Of a stretch of 64,000 nt of DNA, positions 1 to 12,285 are shown piece after piece. Position 1 is the first letter of the stretch, and each line of letters opens with the position of its first letter. The translations under genes and the position numbers were made by a program. The DNA comes from Clostridia bacterium (GTDB lineage Bacteria; Bacillota; Clostridia; TANB77; CAG-508): contig JAAVYV010000011.1 of the NCBI GenBank assembly GCA_022791325.1, positions 18,636-82,635 of the forward strand. The letters run 5' to 3'. The notes under the pieces are model-generated. The model was not told where the DNA came from, did not search any database, and saw only the letters and a program-made list of their open reading frames with translations.

Positions 1-13
1 TTTTGTGTTTTGC

Positions 14-60
14 AACTGTCTCATTTTTATACTTCAAAAAAATGCAAAAATGAGACAGTT
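14..60 (-). terminator. Hairpin 3' of the 61..651 ORF
   Basis: Perfect 15-nt inverted repeat AACTGTCTCATTTTT (14-28) / AAAAATGAGACAGTT (46-60) directly after the stop codon. No clean U-tract follows. Confidence 0.35.
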
Positions 61-651
61 TTAGCTAATGGATTTTTCCAAGAATTGTGTGACTTTTTTA
101 CTGTCAAAAACATAAACTTCTGTGTGTGGAGTTTCTGAAAATTCACCTTTAGCTGAGTAAAACATTTTACTCAAATTATCATCTTTAATTACATTTGATG
201 TAATTAGTGCATCAGATATAGCTTTGATATCTTTATTATCAATATCCCAACCAAGTATATTATCAAAAACTTTAACATATATAAATACTTCAGTATCAGT
301 AAATAGATTAGAATATTGCTTAGTAACTTCTGCAACATTAAGTAAAACTCTTTTATATGTATGTGTTTTCAAATTTTTATATGATGGCATAGTTTCTGGT
401 ATATATATTTTTAATACATTATTTGAAAATTCAGCCTTATATTCGTCGTTTATAGTTTTAATTTTTTCATATTCAAATTCTTTATTATTGTTATATAATT
501 TAATTTCCGCAAGTAAGTTGTATCTAGCTTTTTCAAAAACTCTTAAAAAGTTTTCTAATTGTATATCTAGTATACTATTTTTATTAGTTATTAAATCTAT
601 ACTTTCTTGTAAATTTAAAAATTCTTTTTTTAATTTATCACTTATAATCAT
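61..651 (-). CDS. Hypothetical protein (196 aa), conjugative-element cargo
   Basis: Long ORF co-directional with the element genes. No family recognised. Confidence 0.6.
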   Translation of the reverse strand: MIISDKLKKEFLNLQESIDLITNKNSILDIQLENFLRVFEKARYNLLAEIKLYNNNKEFEYEKIKTINDEYKAEFSNNVLKIYIPETMPSYKNLKTHTYKRVLLNVAEVTKQYSNLFTDTEVFIYVKVFDNILGWDIDNKDIKAISDALITSNVIKDDNLSKMFYSAKGEFSETPHTEVYVFDSKKVTQFLEKSIS

Positions 652-707
652 AAAAAGTCCTTTCTTAAAAATATTTTGAAGGGCAGTAAATAAAAAGCAC
701 TTTTTAA

Positions 708-983
708 TTAGTCTTCATTTGAAATAAATTCGTCATATGCTGCAAATATAGCATCTGTTAATTCATTTCTAATTTCTGCATTTAAAGGATGACAAGTATC
801 TCTAAATGATTTTCTTTCGTTCCTTAATCTCCTAGATGGCATAGAAATAAATCTACCATTTCTTTCAGTTTCAATTAGAGTAATACCTCTAATAATAAAT
901 TTGTTATCTAAAATAACATTTGCGTAGGCTAATATTGGACCTCTCCTTTTAGCTTTAAAAATTTTAACATTTGTAATTTCCAT
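708..983 (-). CDS. spoVG: SpoVG family protein
   Basis: MEITNVKIF...ILDNKFIIRGITLIE..NGRFISMPSRR....FRDTCHPLN matches the SpoVG fold signature. Start moved to the internal ATG at 983, which is preceded by GGAGG. Confidence 0.85.
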   Translation of the reverse strand: MEITNVKIFKAKRRGPILAYANVILDNKFIIRGITLIETERNGRFISMPSRRLRNERKSFRDTCHPLNAEIRNELTDAIFAAYDEFISNED

Positions 984-1053
984 AATGAAATCCTCCTTTA
1001 TAAATTTATTTTTGAAGGGCAAATTTATAAAGAAAAGTTATACTATCAATAGT

Positions 1054-4000
1054 TTATTTTCCAGTACGTGGAAGTACTGGTTCACTTGGTTTTTCAGGGA
1101 TATGTGGAACAGTAGTCCATTTACTATTAGCTTCCGCAGTAATTCCCCAATATGTACCAACCGTTTTTGTATGGTTTGTAAATGTCTCTCCTTCTTGTAA
1201 TGTGTCAAAAGATATACATTCCATTGTAGGGCAAATATCTTCTTTAAAGCCTACATCTACTTTTCCAAAATCAAAACAAGTTTCTATTATATATTCATCT
1301 TCTGTAAGTTCTATTGTTGTAAAATCTAAGTCATAATTTTCTGTCGTTTTTAAATTTTCTTTGAATAATATATAATTATCTGACTTATTAGTTTTATAAT
1401 ATACAGAGTAAGTCAAATCTTGATTCCATATACCTGTTGTCATTGTTTCTAGTCTAATATAATCAGTTGGAATATAATCAAACCATTTGAAGTTCTCTAA
1501 ATATACATTTGATGCATTTCCTACATTTGAAAATTCATAATTTACTTTTTCACCAGGTTTAATTTCAGTAGTTCCTTCTTTATCAACAGTAACTTCAATA
1601 TCGACAGGCTCATTATCAATTGTTACAGATACTGTTTCATGATTTTTTACTATTTCAAATTCAAAAGTATTTTCATTTAATAAGTAGTAAGGTGATCCAG
1701 TCTCTAATTCTTTTAGATAATATTTCCCATAAGGAAGAAGTTCACTTTTAGCTTTTCCTTCAACGTCTGTAATTAATTCGCCAACTTGTATATCATCTTC
1801 TAGTCTAAATATTCCAAATTTTGTATCTTTAAGTTTTGTTTTTGTTTTACTATCAACTTTGGTTATTTCTACATAACCTTTTATCTTTTCATTTTCAAAA
1901 GTGATAGAAGTTATTTCATCTTCTGTTAATTCTATGTCTTTTGTTTCTTCTGATAATACATATTCTTTTCTAGTAGAAGTTTCTACTATTGTGTATATTT
2001 TGTCTATACAAGGTAATCTCGTACTTGTAGCTTCGCCTAGTTCATTAGTTGTTATAGTATCTACAACATTTTTATCTTCATCTAGTATATCAAAAGTAAC
2101 ACCTTCTAATAATACTTCGTTATTATCTAAATCTATTTTAATAACTTTTACTTGTCCTTTTTTAAGTTCGTTTTCAAATATAATATCTTTGATTTCATTT
2201 TCCTTTAATTCTACTGTAATTATTTCTTCATTAAGTTTGTATTCATTTTTAGTACCGAGTTTCAATAAGTTTATAATGTTGGTCTATTGGTATTCTTTCT
2301 GTAATAGCTTCACCATTTGAATCAGTTACTAAAGTTTGAACTACATTTCCTTGCTCATCTAATACATTAAAAGTAACACCTTCTAATTTTATTTCGTTGT
2401 TATCTTTATCAACTTTAATTACTTTAATTTGTGCTTTTTTCTTTTCATTTTGAAATACTACATCTTTTATATAGTCTGGTTCTAATTCAATAGTTTTAAT
2501 TTCGTCTGATAGTACATAATTTTCAAGAGTTTCACTTTCGCGAATTTTTAATTTTTGAAAATCTCTTACAGAGTATCTACTTGTTACTGCCTCGCCATTT
2601 TCATCAGTAATAATGCTTTCTAAGAATTTATTATTCTCATCAAGTACATCAAATTTGACCCCTTTAAGTTTTATCTCATTATTATCTAAATCTACCTTAA
2701 TAACTCTAATAGAACCTTTTTTAAGTTCATTTTCAATAGTTGTGCTTATGGTAGTATCCCATTTAACATTTATCTCAGTGTCGTCTGCTAAGTTGTACCA
2801 TTTATTTGTATTCTTTTCTAATAGTTTATAACTACCAACTCTTAAATTATCTATATGAATTTCTCCGATTCACATCTGTAATATATGTTCCAACCACTTT
2901 ATTAAATTCTTCAGAATATAAATCAAAAGTTACTCCACCTAAGGTAATACGATTATTATCTTTATCTACTTTATAAACAATAACATTTCCTTCTTTATGT
3001 TTGTTTTCAAGAGTAATAGTAGTAGTTTTATCTGTTTCAATTTTTACAATTTTATTTTGAGGGTTTAATATATAGTTGTCATTTCCAGTTGCTATTTCAC
3101 GAATGCGATAATCTCCAATAGGAAGTCTAGAAGTTATTGCATGGCCATTTTGACCAGTTTTTATGGTTTCTATAACTTCATCATTAGAATTTATAATTTG
3201 AAATTCAGCGCCTTCAATTTTTATTTCATTGTAGTCTTCATCGACTTTTATAACTTCAATTTGACCTTTTAACTTCTCATTTTTAATAGTTTGAGTAGTT
3301 GTTTCATTCCATTTAACAGATACTTTTATATCTTCAGTTAAAGGATAATATATAGGGTTTTCTTTTGTTTCTCTTAGGTAATAATCACCACATTTTAAAT
3401 CTTGTATAAAAATTTCACCATTTTTATCTGTTGTGTAAGTATTTATAAGCTTTTTATTATTATCAAGTAGATTAAATGTAACATTTGGTATACGAATTTC
3501 GTTATTATCCTGGTCTATTTTTACTACTTTAATATTTCCACGTTTAAGATTATTTGTAACGTTTAATGTACTTGTAGAGTTGTAGCTTAAAATAACCGAT
3601 TTACTAGAAGAATCTAATATGTAAGCTGTTGGTACGCTTTTTTCAGTTGCAATTACGTTTCCTTGTTTTAATTTATGTACAGTAATAACTCCATTACTAT
3701 CAGTTTCATAATCTCCTATATTAGTTCCATCTTCATATTTTAAATTAAATACTGCCCCGGAAACTGGCTTATTTTCATCATCTGATTTTACTATTTTTAA
3801 TGTTGATTTATAAGTATCTACATTTAAAGTAGCTCTTGCAGAAGTAACTTCAGAAGGGTCTACAAATACATAATTTTGAGTATCATTATTTCCAGAATTT
3901 CCATAGAAAATAGGAAATGACTTTACTTTTGCATTATGAACTGTGATATAACCTGTAAAATTTTCTACAAGTGAACTTATTGGAATAGCAATTTTTAATA

Positions 4001-4778
4001 CTGAATTAGTCATGTATGTACTATCCACATTTGAAGAATTTAGAACACGAGTACCCTCTGGAAAAGAGGAAATATTTACCTCATAAGAACTTAACTCTTT
4101 ATTTGCAGTAACAGAATAATTTTGTACTAAATATTTTATTCCACCAATAGTAGATTCTTCTTGAGAACCTTTTGAGATAGTAACAGATGCTTTTATATAA
4201 TTATCATTAGTATTATTAATAGCATCATCATAAATTTTTTGAGCGGCAGCTAGAACTTGTACACCTCTTGCTCTAGCTTCTTCAAGAGTTACTCTTGTTT
4301 CATCTCCACGACCAAGACGTGTTGGAATTTCATATTTCCCTGTTGGAGTAGAGCCATCAGCATAACAATGTACAGCAGTTTTTGTAGCAAAATAAAGGTC
4401 ATCATCACATGCTAAGCCCCAAGCTTGATAAGTTGAACCAATATATCCATAATAAAGCATTCTCCATAGAACAGGGTCGTCTAATTGGCTAACAAAAACG
4501 TCATATTCATATCCAGCACCAGTACCAACACCTTTTTTATCAGGTTGCACGCAAAATGCTGGATATCTTATATGTGTATCAGGATCTTCGTAATAAACGT
4601 AAGCTACTTCCTTTAACATATCTTTGCCTTTTACTTTTAATATTGATACACAGTCATGACCATATACCAAATGTATCTTCTCACTATTTGAAATTGTTTG
4701 AGCAAGTATACTTGAAAAATTACTAAATAATATAATTGTTAATAATAAAAATGATATTATTTTTTTTGTTTTATTCAT
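1054..4778 (-). CDS. Large surface adhesin (about 1240 aa): signal peptide, thioester-domain-like N-terminal region, many Cna-B/SpaA-type repeats, C-terminal LPRTG. One frame only if the C of two in-frame CGG codons is skipped.
   Basis: N-terminal MNKTKKIISFLLLTIILF signal. PAFCVQPD ... LYYGYIG ... ATKTAVH resembles TED motifs. Repeats of the form G.IKVIKVD.DNNE..L.GV.F.L.D. Frame breaks at CGG 2865-2867 and 2255-2257; the 2266-2846 gap encodes further Cna-B repeats. Ends LPRTGK-stop with no hydrophobic tail. Confidence 0.8.
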
Positions 4779-4871
4779 TATAATTTACCTCCTAATTTTA
4801 GCATAATAAAAAAGCCCCAAAGGGACTTCTAGTTTGCACTTGAAGGGCAAGTACAAAGTATTTACACTATA

Positions 4872-5681
4872 TCAAAATGTTAAATAAATCCATACTAAAG
4901 TTTGAGACCACTTTGGATTTAAGCCTTGACCATTATAAGTGAACTCATCTTCAGCATATACATTATAATTTCCAAAACCGCCTACTACATTTTTAACTCT
5001 CTGTGTAAAAGTTGTATAATTTCCGGAAACTTTTCCTTTTTCTATATCTTTAACCCATAAATATGTAAAGCCACTTGTTTTTGCATAAGCATCTTTTTTA
5101 TTTCCTTTTATTGCTTTACTTCCGAAAGCTACTAATTCACTATCTTTTGAAATTTCATCATTTAGTATTTTTATAACTTCTGGAACAATATCATTATTAG
5201 TTACTCTATATGTAGAATATGCAAGTTCAGGCTTAGCAGTTTCAGTAGAAGTTGTAGGTTTTTCTTCTTTGGGTGTACTTGGTGTATTTATAGTTTGGTT
5301 ATTATTACTTTTATTAGTATTAGTGTTTGTTACAACATTAGTATTAGATTTTGTTTCTTCTTTTGTGGAAGTTTTAATAGTTGTTGTACTTTGAGTAGTA
5401 ATTTTTTCATTTGAAGAATTTGTAGATTGAGAAGTAATAGGATCAGACACAGGAGTATCTACATTAGCAATCTCCACAACAGTTTCGTTAGTAATGTCAT
5501 TTACTATCTCACTTTCTATATTTTCTATAATGTTTAATGAATCACTATCTATAATATTAGTTTGTGAAGTTTCAAAAGTTATATGATTATTGTCATTTTT
5601 TAAACTTATACAAATAAAAATACTAGTAATTAGTAATATTAAAACTATTATAGGAAATATAATTAATAATTTCTTTTTCAT
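4872..5681 (-). CDS. Membrane-anchored protein with a Thr/Ser/Asn-rich linker (269 aa), function unknown
   Basis: N-terminal TM helix (LLIIFPIIVLILLITSIFICI), a low-complexity T/S/N stretch and a C-terminal globular part. Confidence 0.6.
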   Translation of the reverse strand: MKKKLLIIFPIIVLILLITSIFICISLKNDNNHITFETSQTNIIDSDSLNIIENIESEIVNDITNETVVEIANVDTPVSDPITSQSTNSSNEKITTQSTTTIKTSTKEETKSNTNVVTNTNTNKSNNNQTINTPSTPKEEKPTTSTETAKPELAYSTYRVTNNDIVPEVIKILNDEISKDSELVAFGSKAIKGNKKDAYAKTSGFTYLWVKDIEKGKVSGNYTTFTQRVKNVVGGFGNYNVYAEDEFTYNGQGLNPKWSQTLVWIYLTF

Positions 5682-5760
5682 AAAACATCACCCTTTCATT
5701 TTTTTAATATGAATAATAACATTATAAAAATAAAAAAGGCAATATTGAAGTAAAAAAATT

Positions 5761-6357
5761 TTAAATTTCTTTTGCCCTAACACAAAGTCGTTTATCTTTT
5801 TGACCTTTTATGCATGTTATAAGAGTCAAAACATTCTCATCAGTATTAGCTAAATTAGACCAATCAGTCTCGTAAATAGTAGAAATTTTATCTACTTCAT
5901 ATTGTTTTGTACCCAGAAAACTGGTGTAAGTTATTTTATCTCCATTTTGTAAAGTATGTAATTTTGCCCAAAATTTATTTGTGTTATGTGCTGCTAAACA
6001 TACATTTCCATAAAGATATGGCGAATTTGTAAAATGTCCTACACCTTTTGCAAGAGTAGAAAGCGATGTACCTTCATAGATTAAACCTTGATATTGTATT
6101 CTATCAATATCAATAACTCCTAGAACAGTCTCGCCATCTATTTTTAACATTAAATTGTCTGTCAAATTTGCTTCACTTGTAGTACTTTCATTATCTATTC
6201 TTTCTTGCACATTTTCATTTGAATAAATATCTAATACAGTATTTATTTTAGATTTATTTTGAAAATATTTTATTATAAAAAAAGTAGATATAATTGCAAT
6301 AATTATTAATACTACAATAATTGATATTAATATAGATTTCTTTATGTTTTTACTCAT
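5761..6357 (-). CDS. Sortase family transpeptidase
   Basis: N-terminal TM anchor, LAAHN histidine region, TLITC catalytic cysteine motif and a downstream Arg (RLCVRA). Lies near the LPRTG adhesin gene. Confidence 0.85.
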   Translation of the reverse strand: MSKNIKKSILISIIVVLIIIAIISTFFIIKYFQNKSKINTVLDIYSNENVQERIDNESTTSEANLTDNLMLKIDGETVLGVIDIDRIQYQGLIYEGTSLSTLAKGVGHFTNSPYLYGNVCLAAHNTNKFWAKLHTLQNGDKITYTSFLGTKQYEVDKISTIYETDWSNLANTDENVLTLITCIKGQKDKRLCVRAKEI

Positions 6358-6398
6358 AAATAAGACCTCCTTTCATAAAAAAATGTAATAAAATAAAA

Positions 6399-6773
6399 CT
6401 AGTTTACTTCTAGTTCTAAAATATCTTTTATATATTTTGAAATTTTAGAAAATGAATTTGGATTTGTAATTTTTAGAGTTATTTCCGTTAAATCAAAAGG
6501 GTCAAATACAATATCATAAATTCCAAGTATTAATGCATCTTTTAGCTCTTTTACATTCTCATTTTCTAAAATTAAAATAACTTGTATATTCTTTTCACGT
6601 ACTTTAAACATAAAGTCTTTAAAATTATATTTGTTAGGTTGAATAGTAGCAATTAAAGTAGTTGCTTCTTTTTCTTCTAGTACATAATCAGGATAATAAA
6701 CAATTCTGCTATCTTCAATTTTTTTACTTAAATCTCTATCTAGCTGTTCATTATCAGTAAAAATTAATACCAT
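6399..6773 (-). CDS. Hypothetical protein (124 aa)
   Basis: ORF with a GGAGG-containing upstream sequence inside the stop region of the preceding gene. No family recognised. Confidence 0.55.
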   Translation of the reverse strand: MVLIFTDNEQLDRDLSKKIEDSRIVYYPDYVLEEKEATTLIATIQPNKYNFKDFMFKVREKNIQVILILENENVKELKDALILGIYDIVFDPFDLTEITLKITNPNSFSKISKYIKDILELEVN

Positions 6774-6776
6774 TTT

Positions 6777-7989
6777 TTAATTACCTCCTTTTTCAAAATA
6801 ATCTTCAGGATTAGCAAAATTTCCATTGATTCTAACTTCAAAATGTGCATGTGGTCCAGTTGAATATCCTGTACTACCGTACTTTTAATACTGCTTGTCC
6901 TTGTACTACAACTTGATTTGTTTTAACTAATATTTCAGAGCCATGTGCGTATAAAGTTACAATGCCATTTCCGATGGTCAATCATAACCATATTGCCATA
7001 TGAATTAGAATATACAGCTTTTATAACTGTTCCATCAGCCATAGCTACAAAGTTTGCACCTATTGGAGCTCCAACATCTGTACCACTATGTAGTTTATAT
7101 GCACCGAGTTATCGGATGTATTCTCATACCAAAATGTGAAGTTATTTTTGTATATCCAGGTATTGGCCAAGTAAACATTCCGAGTAGGAATTAAGACTTT
7201 GCCATCTGTTATTATATTAGAGGAATTAGGGTTTTGTAGCCAAGAAGTATTTTCTTCACCTTCATAATAACCATTTGATGCTTCAATAATAATTTGTAAA
7301 TCCGTTTCAATATCATCATCTCTTACATGTAAATTATCTTTTAAGTATTTCTTTAATCGTTCGTATCTTTCTCCAATTAATTGTTCATTTTTAAATACTT
7401 TTTTTGTAGTTTTTGTATTATCTTTTAGTATTGTTTTTTCTTCATAATCATATTTATAATGTCCTATAATTGTATTAGATTCTATTAAAACATATATGAT
7501 TTCTTCTTTTGTTTCTATAACTTCATTTCCTTCATCATCTTTTGTAATAGTGTCTGTTTTTATACTTGATTGTTCATATATAAAAGTGCTTTTAAAGTTA
7601 CTTGCAATTTCATTTAATAAATTCTCATTTATTTCTTTACTTTCTGTGATATTATGAAATACCATTAGTGAGTATAAATGAGACCATTCAACTTGCTTAT
7701 CATTTTCTCTATTATCCACATCTAATAAATAATTTGTGGATTGTGTACCAATATAATTGTTACAAATATTTAAATATTCAGACTTTTCTATACATTTTGT
7801 TCTTAATTCTAACTGTGCTGGAGACAAAGAAGTACTGTCAGACTGAACTTCTTGTATAAATATAGCATCAATAATCGTACAAATAGCAAAAAATAAAAGA
7901 CCAATAATTAAAATAAATGGTTTAATTACTTTAAAAGTAGCTTTTTTTAGTTTATTTCTAGCATTATTCTTTAGGCTCATTAAAATCAC
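6777..7989 (-). CDS. Conjugation-associated cell-wall hydrolase with a C-terminal M23 peptidase domain. One frame only if four in-frame CGG codons are read as +1 (skip C).
   Basis: After the skips the C-terminus reads [48 protein letters not shown]...[21 protein letters not shown]...[24 protein letters not shown], which is the M23 signature. CGG sites at 7180-7182, 7104-7106, 6971-6973 and 6877-6879. N-terminal TM helix. Confidence 0.85.
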
Positions 7990-9470
7990 CTAATTTCTTA
8001 TTAATATTATTCTCACTTGTACTATTTTCTGCAATTTTGTTTATATATTCTGTATCTTGAAAAGTATTATTTTTTAAATTTCTATTAAAGCCTTGTTTAT
8101 TAGTTTTGTATGGAGAATTATTAAAATTACCTTCAGCCATGTTGGCTCCAAAATCTAAATATGCCTTAGTAACTTTAAGAGCACTTTTAGCAACATTACC
8201 AGAATTTACATTATTATTTAAACTATTTTGTTTATTACTATTATTTGGAGTAAAAGTATTATTATTTACTGGTTCACTTACTTTTTCTTTTGGTAACACA
8301 TTTCGAATAGGGTTAATATTTCCGTTGTAATCTTTTTCAGGACTTAGGTTAATACCAGGATTTATAACAGATTTAGCTCTATTCATAAATCCTTTAAATC
8401 CATTTTCAGAGTTATTAGTAGTGTTGCTTGATGATGGAGATTTAAATTGTTCTTTAATAGCTCCCACTCCAAATCCAAGCATTGCTCCCATTCCCATAAC
8501 TCTATTTGTCATTTGCTCATTATCTACACCTGCTATTCTACTTGTTAGGTTTTGTAGGCAATTTTGTAATGCATCAGATAATGGTAATATCATCATAGCC
8601 CATATAAGACTTACAGCCCAACCACCTCCGAGAAGGTAAGAAAGCAAGATAAATTAAAAATAAAAAGCAGTATATAAACTGCATAAATATATTCATTATA
8701 ATTTGTCCGCCCCAAATACTTGCAGCAGTTACATTTTTGTTTATTATCCATAAAGCCACAGCAACAGGGGTAAAGATTGTAAAAATAATAATAGTAAATT
8801 GTCTTACGATAAATTTTATATTTAACTTTACAAATAAATATATAAACATCGAAATTACTAATGCGGTAGTAATTGCATTTCCTGTTTTTATACTTGAAAG
8901 CATATTATTTCCTAAAAAGTTTTCCAATGAGCTATTATTTGTAGCTGTTATTAGTAAATGTACTAAACTATTATTCATAAATAATAAAAATCTAATAAAG
9001 ACTGGTGCAAGTGCTATTGATACACCACCAAATAAAAGTCTTGTTAAACTTTCTTTTGCTTCATTTTTCTTAGCGGTATTCATTCCAGCCATCATTATTT
9101 TATAAGCTAATATAAAAACAGCAATAAAAATTAAGTTTCCAGAAATTATCGCAAATATTTTGTACCAGTCCATTGTTCTATTCCAAAGTTCTTCAGAAAA
9201 AGGAGATAGACTGTCATTTTCTAAATTATTATTAAATATCAAAGTATCATAATCTTTAAAACCTATATTTAATTCTTTACTAGTAGTAAAATTAAGGACT
9301 GTTTGTGCAATTCCACCAATGCACTCTGCAATAATTTTTTCAAATAATGAGCCATCTTCTTTTTTTATTTGTTCTTTTATAGAGCTACTAGCAAAACAAA
9401 TAGGGGATAGGATTGTAAAAATAGTAAATATAATTAAAATACTTTTTAATATTTTTTTCATATTGACCAC
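7964..9470 (-). CDS. Polytopic membrane protein in the VirB6/TcpH/PrgH position of the T4SS (about 500 aa). Joined across one CGG.
   Basis: Signal peptide plus at least 6 hydrophobic helices and an Asn-rich C-terminal tail. The 298-aa and 227-aa ORFs join when the C of CGG 8628-8630 is skipped (..LPSGGGWAVSLIW..). The functional call rests on position and topology only. Confidence 0.55.
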
Positions 9471-9473
9471 CTC

Positions 9474-11298
9474 CTATGTAAATACAAACTTTTTTTCATA
9501 GTCTGTAATTATAAATTTTATTGCTGTAACACTATTATTTAGCGAAATAATACATTCGCCAGGATTAGCAGTTATAAGAAAATTCTTACTTCCGTTCGGA
9601 CAAATTAAAAAAGTCCACAATGGAATCTACACTTCCAGGACTTTGCTTAAATAAATATCTTGTTGAACATATATTTATAATTGTTTTGCCGTTCTTCAGA
9701 ATTTAAAAATTCGTCAATAAATTGACTACCGTATAAAAAGTGGTACATTGTATTTTCTTCCGTCTACGAGCAACATTTACTAAAAATTCAGCCGATTCTT
9801 GATATTTTAAGAATAGCCACGCTTCATCGCAAACAATTATATTTTTTCTATCTTTATTTTTTAATACAAACTTTTGCCAAACCCAAGTAAGAATTACGAA
9901 AGATGCATATAACTTTGTAAATTCATCTTTTATTTCTGACATATCAAAATTGATAATTTCACTATTTGAATTTATTTTACTTTCACAATCAAATATTCCT
10001 AAGGAATTACCTTTTAGGAAGGGTACTAAAAGTTCAGCAAGTTCATTACATTTATTTCTCTGTTTTAATTTCTTTTGAAAATCACTTAAAGTAGGCATTT
10101 TCTTTGGTATTCTTCCAATTACATATTTGCCATTATCTAATTTCCCACCTTTTTTCTCAAAAAGTGAATTAACGTCATTTGTAATTCCGTTTTTCAGCAT
10201 ATAACTGATTAACAATTATTTCTATTTCTGTATTTTCAGTTCCGTTTAAAGTCCTACCTTGATAATTTCTACATATAGTTGCAAGTAATGCTCTTATTTC
10301 CGCAACTTTATCTAAAATATTTAAAAATTGCTTACCACCTTTTGTGTCTGGTTCAAGTTCGAAAGGATTAATTCCAGTACTTTCGCCTTGCTTAATTTTT
10401 ATTACCCTGCCTCCAAGCATCCTAGTTAAATCTGTATATTCTCCTTCAACATCTATAAAAAATGCACCACAATCCGACGTTACAATATTTCTAGCTGTTA
10501 GAGTTTTTAGTGCAACACTTTTACCACCGCCAGAAGTACCACATATAAAAACGTGTGGATTTGGAAGAGAGGGAGGACCTATGAATGTATTTATATAAAC
10601 TGGTGCATTTGTGTACATATTTCTTCCTATAAATATGCCACTATCGTGCGATAGGTTAGGGTTAGAGATAGGAATTAAAGTAGCAACACCGTCCTGCTAC
10701 CATATTTCTTTCATTATTAGGAATTGGAATCTCTCCAATGGGTAATAGGGTCTTTAAACCTTCTAATTGCCTAAATGTTAAAGTCCTTATCATTGCAGTC
10801 TTCTTATTTAGTTCACTTTCTAATATTTTTGTTTTTTCGTTTAATTCTTGTAAACTTTCAGCATTTAAACTAATAAATATAGTTGCAAAAAATAACTTAT
10901 CTTGATTAGTCTGTATTAACATTCTTAAAGTTTCGAGGTCAGATATTTGTTTTTCTAACTCAGGAAGATGCAAGATATTTCCGTTGCTTAGAATATGTCG
11001 CATATTCAGATTGACTTTGCACTAGTTTTTTAGTTAATTGATTAATAACACTTCCATTTAAAGAAGGCTCTATTTTTACAGAGATATTGATATTTCCAAT
11101 ATTAAATAAATCATCTAACCAACTTATCCATGTCTGTTCAGGATAAACTGTCATAACAAATATTCTTGAATATTTGTTATATCCTAATACTAAATAATCT
11201 TTCTTTTCTTGCAATTCGTCTGGCATAAGTAAATTAGTAATATTTGGTAAATTTTTAAATATATCAATTTCTTTTTTCTTTTTGTTTTTTTCCAACAT
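9474..11298 (-). CDS. VirB4/TraE/PrgJ-type conjugation ATPase (605 aa after skipping the C of seven in-frame CGG codons)
   Basis: Walker A GTSGGGKS, Walker B IIVCDEAW, VirB4 N-domain (YSRIFVMTVYPEQTWISWL) and C-terminal RRGRKYNVPLFIGSQ...FNLSEGSKNFL..ANPGECII. CGG sites at 10981-83, 10689-91, 10187-89, 9760-62, 9729-31, 9689-91 and 9592-94. Confidence 0.9.
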
Positions 11299-11992
11299 AT
11301 AAATTTTTCACCCCCTCTTTTAATAGACTAACATTAGTAATAGAATTTTTATTAAGTTCTCTATAAATTAAATTGTATAATTCATTTCCTGAAAGTGTCT
11401 CACATATGATATTTGTCCTTAGTAAATTTGCTTTAAATAATGCAGATTTCCTAGTTAGTTCTTCAGTTGCATTTTCATACATTCCATCATAACTTATAAT
11501 TGCATAATTTTTTACAATAGAGATAGACTTATTATCCATAAGATTTTGTAAATATTCAATTAAATAATTTTTATATTCTTGAACTTTTATACTTTTAGCT
11601 TTATTTTGTTTAAGCAATGCTATTGTTTTGCTTGTGTCTATATATTCAGTTGTGCTAAAAAATTGGATTGGAAAATCTATTGCAAGTGCTGATTGTATTA
11701 ATATACTTTCTACAACTTCTTGCTCATTATTAGAAAGCATATTGTAATCAATATTACCTAATCTAATAATAATTGAATATCTATTTCCAAGACATATAAT
11801 GTTATCTTTTATTTTAATATTTAAAATATCAGATAGTTGTTTTTTACTTTTATTCTTATGTTTTTCTTTTGTATATTCATTAGAATTTTGTTTAATATTA
11901 ATATTTTTCTTTTTACGAGTTAAGTAAATTGCAGTAAATATAACAAGAAGAATACTTAATAATAAAAATATTATCATTACTACCATAGGCAA
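11264..11992 (-). CDS. Membrane-anchored T4SS-associated protein (242 aa). Could be an N-terminal part of VirB4.
   Basis: N-terminal TM helix followed by a soluble domain. Overlaps the next ORF by 35 nt in a different frame with no CGG at the junction, so kept separate. Confidence 0.5.
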   Translation of the reverse strand: MPMVVMIIFLLLSILLVIFTAIYLTRKKKNINIKQNSNEYTKEKHKNKSKKQLSDILNIKIKDNIICLGNRYSIIIRLGNIDYNMLSNNEQEVVESILIQSALAIDFPIQFFSTTEYIDTSKTIALLKQNKAKSIKVQEYKNYLIEYLQNLMDNKSISIVKNYAIISYDGMYENATEELTRKSALFKANLLRTNIICETLSGNELYNLIYRELNKNSITNVSLLKEGVKNLYVGKKQKEKRN

Positions 11993-12273
11993 TACCTCCC
12001 AAAAACAAATTTCTTCTTACGAAATAAATATTTTAAAGCATAAAAAAAGAACTTATCGAAGTTCTGCTCATTAACTTTGAAAAAGCTACATAGTAAAAAG
12101 AAAATAGATATTAATGCTATAAATAAAATTTTAAAACTCATTAACAAATGGGTTGCTAAAATTGATAAACTTGATGCAGATAACATTAAATATGTAACTT
12201 GTCTTAAACTTAAATATCCACCAAATATTTTTTCTTCTCGTTTAATGTCGTAAGGGACTTTAAAAACTCTCAT
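11980..12273 (-). CDS. PrgI family (VirB3-like) T4SS membrane protein
   Basis: VPYDIKREEKIFGGYLSLRQVTYLML followed by two TM helices. Lies immediately upstream of VirB4. Confidence 0.75.
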   Translation of the reverse strand: MRVFKVPYDIKREEKIFGGYLSLRQVTYLMLSASSLSILATHLLMSFKILFIALISIFFLLCSFFKVNEQNFDKFFFYALKYLFRKKKFVFGRYCLW

Positions 12274-12285
12274 ATAGCAAACCTC

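Noticed and set aside
224-679. Antisense or shadow ORFs throughout the track (for example 224..679, 1901..2320, 8737..9105, 18930..19523, 20466..20804, 26491..26805, 51050..51577, 54136..54456)
   Set aside because: They overlap well-supported genes on the opposite strand or in another frame. They encode low-complexity Leu/Phe/Ile/Ser-rich sequence typical of AT-rich antisense frames and lack ribosome-binding sites.
11264-11298. 35-nt overlap between the 242-aa ORF and the VirB4 ORF as another recoding site
   Set aside because: No CGG lies at or near the junction and there is no conserved residue to anchor a join. Stand-alone VirB4 homologues of about 600-670 aa exist. Kept as two genes with the ambiguity noted.
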